From: Alphaproteobacteria bacterium
GTDB taxonomy: Bacteria; Pseudomonadota; Alphaproteobacteria; UBA828
Assembly: GCA_965214705.1 (NCBI GenBank)
Contig: OZ243972.1
Location: 2,592,001-2,656,000, forward strand
DNA length: 64,000 nucleotides
Direction: 5' to 3'
Of this stretch, positions 27,651 to 36,663 are shown one piece after another. The notes under the pieces are model-generated. The model saw only the letters and a program-made list of their open reading frames with translations. It was not told the DNA's origin and did no database searches. A program made the position numbers and the translations under genes. Each line of letters starts with the position of its first letter. Positions within the stretch are counted from its first letter, which is position 1.

Positions 27651-28714
27651 ACAGCGTCGCCACCGAGGGCATGGCGATGACCGGCTTCCCGACGCGGGCG
27701 CCGATCGAGCTGGAGGACCGGCCGCGCCAGCAGCAGTGGCTCATCGACGGGCTCTGGGGGCGCCAGGCCGTCGGCATCGTCGGCGGCGAGCCGAAGTGCG
27801 GCAAGTCCTTCCTCGCGCTCGACATCGCCGTCGCGGTCGCCGCCGGCGTCCCATGCCTGCGCCGCTTCGCCGCCGACCGGCCGGGCCCGGTCCTGCTGTT
27901 CGCCGCCGAGGACGCCGGGCACATCGTGCGTGCCCGCCTCCAGGGTATCGCGAGCGCCGCCGGCGCCCGCTTCGACGCCCTCGACATCGCGGTCATCGAC
28001 GTGCCCGCGCTGCGCCTCGATCATCGCGCGGACCGTCAGCGCCTGGTGCAAACGGTGGAACGCGTCCGGCCCCGCCTCGTGGTCCTCGACCCCCTGGTCC
28101 GCCTGCACGGCATCGACGAGAACACCGTCGCCGAGGTCGCCCCCATCCTCGGCTTCCTGCGCGACGTCCAGCGCCGCTTCGAGACCGCCGTGCTGCTGGT
28201 CCACCACGCACGAAAGAGCGGCGCCGCCAGGCCGGGCCAGGCCCTGCGCGGAAGCAGCGAGCTGCACGCCTGGGGCGACTCCAATCTGTACCTGCGCCGG
28301 CGAGACAGGCAGATCCTCATGACCGTCGAGCATCGCGCCGCCCCCGGCCTCAACGACATCGAAATCGAGCTCGCCGACGACGGCAAGGGGCCCGCGCTGC
28401 GCCTCCGCCAGGTCGAGACCGGCGATGCCGCGCCGCGGCCCGAAACCCCTGAACGGCGCATCCTCCAGGCCCTCGCCGAAGCCGACGCGCCGCTCTCCCA
28501 GCGCCAGATCCGGGAGCGCGCCGCAACCCGGCACAAGACCGTGGGCGCCATCCTGCGAAAGCTCGTCCGTGAGGGACGCATCCGGCACGACGCCGAGGGA
28601 CATTACAGCCTCGTCACAGGCGAAACCGAGAACGCCGCGCCGGACGACGCCGCCAATGGCAGCCGCCATCCGGACGCCTCGCGGTTCCCGCCTCCCGGTT
28701 CCGCCCATCCCTAG
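27647..28714 (+). CDS. RecA-superfamily (AAA_25, RepA-helicase-like) ATPase with C-terminal winged helix
   Basis: QWLIDGL, GEPKCGKS, AAED, LVVLDP, VHHARK, RGSSEL; C-terminal ILQAL..LSQRQI..LRKLVREGRI..Y; ATGA overlap with the ATPase. Confidence 0.8.
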   Translation: MNSVATEGMAMTGFPTRAPIELEDRPRQQQWLIDGLWGRQAVGIVGGEPKCGKSFLALDIAVAVAAGVPCLRRFAADRPGPVLLFAAEDAGHIVRARLQGIASAAGARFDALDIAVIDVPALRLDHRADRQRLVQTVERVRPRLVVLDPLVRLHGIDENTVAEVAPILGFLRDVQRRFETAVLLVHHARKSGAARPGQALRGSSELHAWGDSNLYLRRRDRQILMTVEHRAAPGLNDIEIELADDGKGPALRLRQVETGDAAPRPETPERRILQALAEADAPLSQRQIRERAATRHKTVGAILRKLVREGRIRHDAEGHYSLVTGETENAAPDDAANGSRHPDASRFPPPGSAHP

Positions 28715-29515
28715 GAGTTCGAGCGGGAACCGCCCGCCGGAACCGCCCCCCAGGCGCCTCTCGGGCTCAAAAAACGACAATGCGTCGAGCGATCGGCCCG
28801 TGGCCGAAAGCTCCGCTTACGGCCATGGATGCACTTCGTCGGATGGACGGCGGCGGGTCACCCGAAGGGCCGTAGCGAAGCGGAGGAGCCGCGCAGCGGC
28901 TTGACGCGCCGACGGCCGTCCGACACCCCGGCACCCTGTCCCCCTTCCGGCAATGACCGATCAGTCCGGGAAATACGCGCGCCCGTCACCCGAAATAACC
29001 CGGGAAATCCGTCGTCAATCAATCCGGGAAACAACAACGGGCTGGAAGAGCGGCTGCTCGACCTGCACCGGCGCGTGCAGTCCGGGGCGTATCGAGCGCC
29101 GCCGGTCCGGCGGGTAGAGATACCCAAGCCGGACGGCGGGACACGACCGCTCGGCGTTGCCGCGCTGGAGGACAAGATCGTCCAGAAGGCGGTGACGGAG
29201 ATCATCCTGACGCCGATCTACGAGCCGGTCTTCCTCGGCTTCAGCTACGGGTTCCGACCGGGGCGCGGGGCGCATGACGCGCTCGACGCGCTCGCTGTCG
29301 CCATCAATCGGCGGAAGGTCAACTGGGTGGTCGACTGCGACATCCAAAGGTTCTTCGATACCGTTTCGCGGGACTGGCTGGTCCGGTTCCTCAAGCACCG
29401 GATCGGGGACCGGCGGGTGATCAGGCTGATCGTCAAGTGGCTGAAAGCCGGCGTCATGGTCGATGGCCGGTGGCAGGACACCTCGCAGGGCACGCCACAA
29501 GGGGCGATCGTTTCG

Positions 29516-29547
29516 CCGCTGTTATCGGAACGTTCCGATAACAGCGG
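29516..29547. repeat. perfect 32-bp palindrome at the RIT left junction
   Basis: CCGCTGTTATCGGAAC-GTTCCGATAACAGCGG. Confidence 0.95.
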
Positions 29548-29642
29548 ATATGGGAACCTTATGATTCTGGGAACCTGAGCCGCTGCGGGCGTTGATTATC
29601 AAGGGATTGGGCACGGCTCAGGTTCCCATAAGATTGGCGGGT

Positions 29643-30635
29643 TCAGGTGCCTGCAAGCATCGCGAGCACCTCGTCCTGCGCACCCTTGAACACGCCCTTC
29701 CGGAGGCTGGGAGGGCGCCATTTGTCGAGCGTATCCAGCTTGTCGGTGGGATCCGCCTGCAGGTACATCTCGGTGGTCTGAACGCTGGAGTGCCCGAGCC
29801 AGAGTGAGACCTTCCTGACGTCGCCTGTCGCCTCGAGAGTGTGGATCGCGCAAGCGTGCCGCAATAGATGGGGAGATACGGTCTTGCCGGCGATCGACGG
29901 CACGCTGCGCGCAGCGGTTTGCGCATGCAGGACAATCCGTTTGGCGAAGCCGCGCCGGGTCATGCCGGTGCCCATGGCATTGAGGAAGAGATGCCGGTCG
30001 GCACTCTTCGGCCGGATAGCGAGCCAGTCGCGCAGGGCACCGCGGGTTTCCTTCCACAGCGGCAGGATGCGTTCCCGCCGGCCCTTGCCGATGACGTGCA
30101 CCTCGTCGAGGGCCGGCATCTTCAGATCGTCGAGCGCGAGCCCGACCAGCTCCGAGACCCGCAGGCCGGCGTTGTAGGTGAGACACAGCATCGCGCGGTC
30201 CCGTGTTCCAGCCACCGTGCCCGGATCCGGCGCGTCGAGCAGAGCCTGCGTTTCCGCCCGGTCGAGAGAGCCGATGAGGGGCACGTCGCCCTTCTTCACC
30301 GGGATCTCACGCACCTGTGCGGCGAGGTCGAGATATCCCGGGTGCCGGAACTCGAGGAAGCGGAAGAAGGCCTTGATGGCCGCGAGCCGGGCATTGCGTG
30401 TACGCACCCCGTTTTCCCGATCCCGTTCGAGATGTTCGAGGAACTCAAGAAGGGTCGCTATGTCGAGATGACCGATCTCGAGCTTGCAGGGCCGAATGCC
30501 GTGCTTATCCGCCACGAAGACGACCAACAACTTGAAGCACAGGGCATAGCTCTCAACGGTATGCCGGCTCGTGCCCCTGTCGCGTGGAAGATATTCCCGG
30601 AGGAACATCGCAAGGGGAGGAGCGAGTTCAGCCAT
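29643..30635 (-). CDS. tyrosine recombinase RitC-type
   Basis: TRNARLAAIKAFF, GLRVSE, GKGRRER, HLLRHA, LGHS, TEMY. Confidence 0.92.
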   Translation of the reverse strand: MAELAPPLAMFLREYLPRDRGTSRHTVESYALCFKLLVVFVADKHGIRPCKLEIGHLDIATLLEFLEHLERDRENGVRTRNARLAAIKAFFRFLEFRHPGYLDLAAQVREIPVKKGDVPLIGSLDRAETQALLDAPDPGTVAGTRDRAMLCLTYNAGLRVSELVGLALDDLKMPALDEVHVIGKGRRERILPLWKETRGALRDWLAIRPKSADRHLFLNAMGTGMTRRGFAKRIVLHAQTAARSVPSIAGKTVSPHLLRHACAIHTLEATGDVRKVSLWLGHSSVQTTEMYLQADPTDKLDTLDKWRPPSLRKGVFKGAQDEVLAMLAGT

Positions 30636-31554
30636 CGTTCTTCCTCCCCTCATGCAGCCGCTCGGTTGCCTGCGATACCTGTCGCAGCAACACAGGCGTC
30701 GCTTCGAGGTACCAGTAGGTGTCGGCGATGTTGGAATGGCCGAGATAGGTCGACAGCGCCAGCATGTGACGGCCGACATCCCGCCGCTCGGCCGAGACCA
30801 TATGTTCGAGCGCGCGAACTGCGAAGCTGTGCCTGAGGTCATGAAGGCGCGGCCCGGGCTCGCCTGGCCCGCCTCGAAGCCCGACCCGCCGTGCCAGCTT
30901 GATGAAGACGGTACAGAGATAGACCGGGTGCATGGGCCGGCCCGTCGAGAGCACGAACAGGTGGTCGTCGGGCCCACCGCGGCGCTTCCTCTCCGCGAGA
31001 TACGTCTCCATGGCCCGATGGACGCTGTCATCCAGCGGGATGAGGCGGCGCTTGCCGAACTTCGCCTTCCTGATCAGCAGGCCATCCACCGTCAGGTCCG
31101 TCAGCAGGAGGCCGGTCGCCTCCGAGCGCCGCAATCCGGTCGCGGCGATCAGCCCCAGGATGTAATGGAACGTCAGGGGCGTGATCGAACCGGCCGGCGG
31201 CAGCTCCAGCGCCGCATCCATGATCAGCCCGATCTCGGTCAATGACAGCAGATGAGGCGATGGCCGCCGTGATACTGCCTTGCCCAGGGCGTCGCGGTCA
31301 GGCACCTCGTGGCGTTCGTCTTCGGCGTGCAGGACGCTGGCAAGATCGCACACGTAGCGCAGCTTGACCTGCGCCTGGCGGGGAGACGGCGTTGTCGATG
31401 CCCAATCGAGGACCGTGCTGCTGCGCACGAAGCTGTCACCATGGGCCTCGGCGTAGGTCGCGTAATCCTGCAGGCACCGCGCCTGTTCCACATAGGCGTG
31501 GCCCAGAGCCCGGCGGAATATAACGTAACGCTCCACATGGTCGGCCAGGGTCAT
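30628..31554 (-). CDS. tyrosine recombinase RitB-type
   Basis: GLRRSE, KFGKRR, HDLRHSFA, LSTYLGH, TYWYL. Confidence 0.92.
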   Translation of the reverse strand: MTLADHVERYVIFRRALGHAYVEQARCLQDYATYAEAHGDSFVRSSTVLDWASTTPSPRQAQVKLRYVCDLASVLHAEDERHEVPDRDALGKAVSRRPSPHLLSLTEIGLIMDAALELPPAGSITPLTFHYILGLIAATGLRRSEATGLLLTDLTVDGLLIRKAKFGKRRLIPLDDSVHRAMETYLAERKRRGGPDDHLFVLSTGRPMHPVYLCTVFIKLARRVGLRGGPGEPGPRLHDLRHSFAVRALEHMVSAERRDVGRHMLALSTYLGHSNIADTYWYLEATPVLLRQVSQATERLHEGRKNDG

Positions 31555-33107
31555 CGTGCTTCTCCCGCGTCCGGCCAGGGCTGGGCCACTTCCCGGAGCA
31601 TTCGGACATCGACCCGCGCATAGATCGCCGTTGTCTGCGTGGACTGATGACGCAGCAGGGTGCCGATGACTTCCAGCGGCGTGTTGTCGCGCAGCAGATT
31701 GGTCGCCGCGGAATGCCGGAAGACATGCCCCGCCGGCAGACCCTCAGCCTTGACGCCGGACCGCTTGATCGCAGCCTGCGCGACCGCCGACACACCACCG
31801 CTGGCCAGGGGCTGATGGAGCGGCGGCATCATGCGCAGGAACACTTTCTCGGTATCCACGACAGGTCGGGCACGGAGGATGTAATCCTTGACCGCGGCGC
31901 CGACGTCCTGCGGCAACGGCAAGACCGCGGCGCGGCGCGATTTGCCGCTGACCCGAACGACGGCCTTGTCCCAGTCGATATCGTTCAGCCGAAGATTGGC
32001 GACATCGCCGGCACGCAGGGCGAGCCGGGCGAGGAGCAACAGGATGGCGCGATCCCGCAGTCCCATGGGCGTCGCCCGGTCGCAGGATGCGATGATGCGT
32101 TCGATGTCGTCCCGCGGCAGATGACGGGGCAATGTCGAGAACCTCTGAAGGGGGACCGTCGGCACCGCAGCGACAAGTCCCGGCCGGCAAAGGCCATCCA
32201 GCACGAGGAAGCGCAGATACAGCCGAAGCGCCGACGTCTCGCGTCGGACAAGATCGCGCGATGCCGTCTCAAGGCGGCACTGCACCGTGTTCCTGATCAG
32301 CGTCGCGCTGTATCGATCGGGATCGTCGCCAAGATGGGGAAGCAGCACCCGCATGGCCTTGTGGTAGCTCTCTATGGTCCTCTCCCCGATGCCGCGATAG
32401 CGCCGCAGCCAGACCAGAAAACGCGCCACATATTGTCCGGGTTCCTCGCGCGCCGGCATCGGGCGCGGCGGGGCGATGCCCGTGCCGATCAGGTAATCGA
32501 TGAACAACCCGATCTTCGATCGGCTGTTGTTGCAACCCGCGAATCTGCCGGTCCTGATGAAGAAGTCCGGATGCGCGCAGGTGCAGTCGTGCGCGAGGAA
32601 GCGGGAGAGGACATCGTCATCGATCTCGGCGAGTGCGACATCGTGCAGGTAGAGCCAGACGATGAAGTGGCGACAGCGCTTCCGGTACGCGGCGATCGAC
32701 TCGGGCACATATCCTTGTGCCACGAGCGTTTGAAGGAATGCCTCCACCACGCGGCCGCCGCTCTCGATCTCCGGAGGTATCCGCACTCGCCCCGTTTCCA
32801 TGAGGAAGCCGAGAAACCGGTGCAGATGCCATCGGGCACGTCCGAGGTTCTTCCGGTATCCGCGCGGACCGGGACAGGCGCAGTCATGGTTCAGGAATCG
32901 ATGCAAGACGCGAATGTCGAGCGTCTCGATCCCCATCCCGTTCGCCGACAACCATGCGATGAGGTGCAGGATCGTTCGGATGCACTTGCCCGTCAGGCTC
33001 GGGGAATATCCCAGGGCCTGCAACCGCGCCTTGTAGGTCGGGACGATGCCCGGATCCGGTCCATCACCCGCCTCGGGCGACGCCGTGTTGGTGATCATGG
33101 AAGACAT
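31551..33107 (-). CDS. tyrosine recombinase RitA-type (long form)
   Basis: LRAGDV, HVFRHS, LRH, TAIYA; duplicated N-terminal FL-x-HDC-x-C module. Confidence 0.92.
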   Translation of the reverse strand: MSSMITNTASPEAGDGPDPGIVPTYKARLQALGYSPSLTGKCIRTILHLIAWLSANGMGIETLDIRVLHRFLNHDCACPGPRGYRKNLGRARWHLHRFLGFLMETGRVRIPPEIESGGRVVEAFLQTLVAQGYVPESIAAYRKRCRHFIVWLYLHDVALAEIDDDVLSRFLAHDCTCAHPDFFIRTGRFAGCNNSRSKIGLFIDYLIGTGIAPPRPMPAREEPGQYVARFLVWLRRYRGIGERTIESYHKAMRVLLPHLGDDPDRYSATLIRNTVQCRLETASRDLVRRETSALRLYLRFLVLDGLCRPGLVAAVPTVPLQRFSTLPRHLPRDDIERIIASCDRATPMGLRDRAILLLLARLALRAGDVANLRLNDIDWDKAVVRVSGKSRRAAVLPLPQDVGAAVKDYILRARPVVDTEKVFLRMMPPLHQPLASGGVSAVAQAAIKRSGVKAEGLPAGHVFRHSAATNLLRDNTPLEVIGTLLRHQSTQTTAIYARVDVRMLREVAQPWPDAGEAR

Positions 33108-33937
33108 GCCGATTCTCCTGTCCAGGGGCAAAACCGGCAGGAGAAAAGCAGATTTTTATGGGAACCTGAGCCGTGCCCAATCCCTTGATAATCAACGCCC
33201 GCAGCGGCTCAGGTTCCCAGAATCATAAGGTTCCCATATCCCATACTGGCGAACGTGTATCTGCACTACGTCCTCGACCTCTGGTTCTATCGCAAGTGGC
33301 GGCCCGAAAGGGCAGAAGGCGACGCCATCATCGTGCGCTACGCCGATGATGTGGTCGTCGGGTTCCAGCACAGGCAGGACGCGGAATGCTTCCTGCATGC
33401 GCTTGGGGAGCGGCTCGGCCAGTTCGATCTGGCCCTGCATCCGGCCAAGACCCGGCTCATCGAGTTCGGCAGGTTCGCGGAGGTGGACCGCCGGGCACGG
33501 GGGCTGGGCCGCCCGGAGACGTTCGACTTTCTGGGCTTCACACACTATTGCCGGAAGACCAGAAGCGGGCGGTTCGGGCTCGGACGCAAGCCCGCTGCAA
33601 AGCGGATGAGCCGCACACTGAAGCGCGTCGCGGAGGTTCTGCGGCGGCGCAGGCACCACGACCTCCACGAGGTCGCCCGGTGGCTGGGGCGGGTCGTCAA
33701 CGGGTGGCTGAACTACTATGCCGTCCCGACGAGTGCCCGCTTCCTGCGACGCTTCACCTACATCCTGAAACGGATATGGCTGAAGGCACTGCGCCGACGG
33801 TCGCAACGGGATCGCTTCAGCTGGCAACGGCTTCAAGCCCTGGTGGACTGATATTGGCCCAAGCCGTGGATCCGCCACCCGTGGCCGGGACAGCGGTTCA
33901 ACGTCAAATACCCGAGGTAGGAGCCGGATGGTTTAAC

Positions 33938-35908
33938 CCGAACTTCCCCAGCAGATATTGAGCTAAGTTGTTGCGGTGGCTTTCCAAACCACCGTTTCGC
34001 GGAGTCGCGTACTGGGTACGCTACAGGCTGACGCCAAGCAGATCGAGCGCCTGGCGCTGTACCGGCGTCGGCTTGGTGACCAGATCGAAGGGCGGTGCTC
34101 CGGCGAGTTTCGGTTGAACGCGGTTCCTGGCGATGGTCGCCAAATCATCGAGGAGCGTGCGGAAGCTGTGCACCGGCATCCCGTCTGGCGTGCGTTTGCC
34201 GGCGGCCTTGCGACGGGCGGAGGGCGAGGGCTTTGCCGGTGAGACGATGGAAGCGCGCGCGGCGTCCGCAGCGGCCGGGTCGTCCTCGTCGAACAGGATG
34301 GGGGCGAGCCTTTGGCGCATGTGCCATTCGACGTGGTAGGCGAGCATGCACAGCAGCACGTGGGCGCGCACGCGCTCGGGGCGGTAGTGGTGGATGGGCC
34401 GCACCTTGAGGTCGACGGTCTTGACGCTGCGGAAGGCGCGCTCGATGCGGCTCAATCCCTTGTAGGCGCGCACCGTGTCCTCGGCTCCGAGCTCGCCCTC
34501 GGGCACGCTGGTGCGGATGACGTAGAGGCCATCGAGCGCCGCCTCCTCGGCGATCCGCTCCCGGTTGCGCTGCCAGGTGAAGCCGTCATCGGCGATCTCC
34601 AGCTCGAAGTGCTTGGCGACCTTGTGCTTGCCGATGACCTTGCCCACGCGCAGGCCGATCTTGTCCTTGCCGGCGAGGCGGCGCTTGGCGCGCCGTGTTG
34701 CCGCTCGGATCTCGTCGAGGTCGCCCTCGGTGGCCTGGAGCAGGGCCTCGCGCTTGCGCGCCCTCTCGACGGCGAGCAGCGGGTTGCGGCAGGCGATCAG
34801 GCGTTCGCCGGGGAAGTCGGGATGATGGATCTCGGCCAGGTCGCGTTCGTCGAAGAGCGAGGGCTGCAGCGTTCCGCTGGAGGCCAGCTCCCGGATCGCC
34901 GGCGCCCGCAGCGCGCTGATCCACTCCAACCCGGCCGGCTTCACCTCCTCGCGGATGCGCGCCTCGGTGAGCATGCCGCGATCGCCCACCAGCACCACCC
35001 GCGAGAGGCCGAAGCGCCGGCGCAGCTTGTCGATCTGGGAGCCCAGGGTGGCCGGATCGGCGGTGTTGCCCTCGAACACCTCCACCGCCACCGGGCAGCC
35101 CTGCGCGTTGCACAGGAGCCCGAACACGATCTGCAGCTTGCCGCGCTTGCCGTCGCGGGAGTAGCCGTGATGCGCCAGCGGGCAGCAGCGCCCCTCCAGC
35201 CATGTCGAGGTGACGTCGTAGAGTACCAGAGCGCCGTCCTCGAGGTGACGCTCGGCCAGACGCCGTTCGATCCTGCCCTGGCGCTCAAGCAGCCAGTCCA
35301 TCGCCTGGTAGAGTTCGTCTTCGTCGACCTCGCCCAGGTCGAGGGCCTCGCCGAGGCCGCAGCTCAGGGTGTCGCCGCTGAGCCCGCGTGCGGTGGCGAG
35401 CTTCGAGCGCGGCGCCACGATGCGGGCGACGATCATCGCCGCCGCGAGGTCGCGCAGCCGCGAGCGCCTGGCCGCGATCAGCCGTTCCAGACCGAGGCCG
35501 CGCAGAGCCCCGAGCACCGCTGCGACATGGCCGAAGGGACGCGAGCGGGTGATGTCGAAGCCGTCGTCCTCGCGGCGCTTCTCGCCGCGGGGCACAGCGG
35601 TTCCGCCGCGCAAGAGGATGCGCAGGCCCTCGACCAGGTGCGGGGGCCACCTGGAGAGGTTGGCGAGGGTGCGCTTTCTGATTTTTCCGCCTTCGCGCCA
35701 TGATTCGCGCAGGAGGATTGCGGGGGGTGAGTTCCGGTTTGGGACGCTTTCGATATACATGGGGACGGATCATAGTGCCTGACCCGCAAAATATCAACGC
35801 CCCATCCTCATTTACATGGGTACACTTTGCATCCGCACCAACGGCCGATACGTCCGCAAAAACAAAGACTTATGCCCGAAAATCAGCGAAATTCTGGGGG
35901 AAGTTCGG
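33938..35908 (-). mobile_element. IS1634-family insertion sequence in domain V of intron A
   Basis: TIRs CCGAACTTCCCC/GGGGAAGTTCGG; 6-bp TSD TTTAAC (33932-33937, 35909-35914). Confidence 0.93.
34021..35760 (-). CDS. IS1634 transposase
   Basis: LLRESWREGGK..RTLANLS, LYDVTS, GYSRD, VGDRGM, YKGLSRIERAFR, RPIHH. Confidence 0.94.
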   Translation of the reverse strand: MYIESVPNRNSPPAILLRESWREGGKIRKRTLANLSRWPPHLVEGLRILLRGGTAVPRGEKRREDDGFDITRSRPFGHVAAVLGALRGLGLERLIAARRSRLRDLAAAMIVARIVAPRSKLATARGLSGDTLSCGLGEALDLGEVDEDELYQAMDWLLERQGRIERRLAERHLEDGALVLYDVTSTWLEGRCCPLAHHGYSRDGKRGKLQIVFGLLCNAQGCPVAVEVFEGNTADPATLGSQIDKLRRRFGLSRVVLVGDRGMLTEARIREEVKPAGLEWISALRAPAIRELASSGTLQPSLFDERDLAEIHHPDFPGERLIACRNPLLAVERARKREALLQATEGDLDEIRAATRRAKRRLAGKDKIGLRVGKVIGKHKVAKHFELEIADDGFTWQRNRERIAEEAALDGLYVIRTSVPEGELGAEDTVRAYKGLSRIERAFRSVKTVDLKVRPIHHYRPERVRAHVLLCMLAYHVEWHMRQRLAPILFDEDDPAAADAARASIVSPAKPSPSARRKAAGKRTPDGMPVHSFRTLLDDLATIARNRVQPKLAGAPPFDLVTKPTPVQRQALDLLGVSL

Positions 35909-35970
35909 TTTAACGACCACGTCCGGATCTGTGCGGGGGGCGCCGGAAAACCGGCGTCCCTACCGCGACC

Positions 35971-36201
35971 GATATTCTACACCCTCAAGGAGGCCCAGGT
36001 TCTCATCGAATCGTGGCGGTGCCATTACAACGCGATCCGCCCACATGGCAGCCTGGGATACCGGCCGCCGGCCCCGGAGACGGTCGTCTTGACAAGCCGG
36101 CCGCCCGGTCCGCTACGCTACGCTCCGCCGGCCACCCAGCTTGGCCGAGAAACCGGCAATGCACTAACATTCGACTTGGACCGGTCGCTGGGGGCAGGTC
36201 A
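35971..36201 (+). pseudogene. IS3-family remnant (transposase C-terminus and right end)
   Basis: IFYTLKEAQVLIESWRCHYNAIRPHGSLGYRPPAPE; terminal ..GGGGCAGGTCA. Confidence 0.8.
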
Positions 36202-36282
36202 ACGCGTCGACCAACAAACAATGCTCTAACCAGCGTCTACGGTGCTGTCCAGCCCCAGGGAGCCACTCCATAGGTGCGGTCA

Positions 36283-36663
36283 TCAGCCGCTTCGTTGTTC
36301 CAAGTAGGCGCGCCAGCCGCCGTACTCGGAAATGTCGCGATGCCGGCCTTCCGCCATCTCGCGCGGATAGAGGACTGCTTGCACGCGCCTGCCATTCGAA
36401 AGCGTGGCCTCCCCCCGGTATAGGTGAGGTGGCTCGCCAGCCTCAATGCGTGCCCACAACTCGTCGTCCACCAGGTACAACTCTCCCTTCACCGACACGC
36501 CGCCCGCGCCCACCTCGAACATTCCCGGATGGCGGTCGTCAATGGAATACACGCGATAGGTCGGCGCCGTCTGGGCCTCCCCCAAGAACTCCGCTCCCTC
36601 GAGATTTCCGTGGAGCTCGAGGCCCCGCATCAGCGTTCCGTTGACGAACAGCTCAAACGACAC
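36283..36663 (-). CDS. gamma-glutamylcyclotransferase-fold protein resembling the allophanate hydrolase C-terminal domain
   Basis: LFVNGTLMRGL, TAPTYR, HPGM, GELY, DISEYGGWRAY; AGGAGG RBS before GTG. Confidence 0.8.
   Translation of the reverse strand: MSFELFVNGTLMRGLELHGNLEGAEFLGEAQTAPTYRVYSIDDRHPGMFEVGAGGVSVKGELYLVDDELWARIEAGEPPHLYRGEATLSNGRRVQAVLYPREMAEGRHRDISEYGGWRAYLEQRSG

Larger units (their letters stand above)
24643..29036 (+). mobile_element. 4.4-kb four-gene DDE transposon
   Basis: TIRs TGTTGTTTCCCG/CGGGAAACAACA; 4-bp TSD ACGG (24639-24642, 29037-29040); internal CCGGGAAA repeats near the ends. Confidence 0.9.
29546..33241 (-). mobile_element. RIT (recombinase-in-trio) element
   Basis: Three overlapping tyrosine recombinase genes between perfect 86-bp IRs (29546-29631 and 33156-33241); interrupts the intron A RT just after PQG. 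Confidence 0.92.
24470..33920 (+). pseudogene. intron A RT/maturase in three pieces (24470-24642, 29041-29517, 33242-33920)
   Basis: Pieces join in frame: ..AEYANG/LEERL..GTPQGAIVSP/ILANVYLHYVLDLW..RYADD..FDFLGFTH; additional premature TGA at 33849. Confidence 0.9.
20724..35969 (+). mobile_element. group II intron A (class E-like), split by five nested elements
   Basis: 5' end GAGTG; EBS1 TGAGCA (20911-20916) complementary to upstream TGCTCA; DV GAGCCGGATG...CACGTCCGGATCT; 3' end CCCTACCGCGAC; about 1.92 kb once the inserts are removed. Confidence 0.88.

Noticed and set aside
22947-33920. Retron, DGR or defence RT
   Set aside because: Both RTs have X/maturase domains and lie within recognisable DI-DVI ribozymes; no TR/VR pair or msr-msd was seen.
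35970-36201. IS3 gene as the original host of intron A
   Set aside because: The 5' exon (..CCGGATGCTCA) does not encode the IS3 sequence expected before IFYTL, so the flanks do not rejoin; later rearrangement is more likely.
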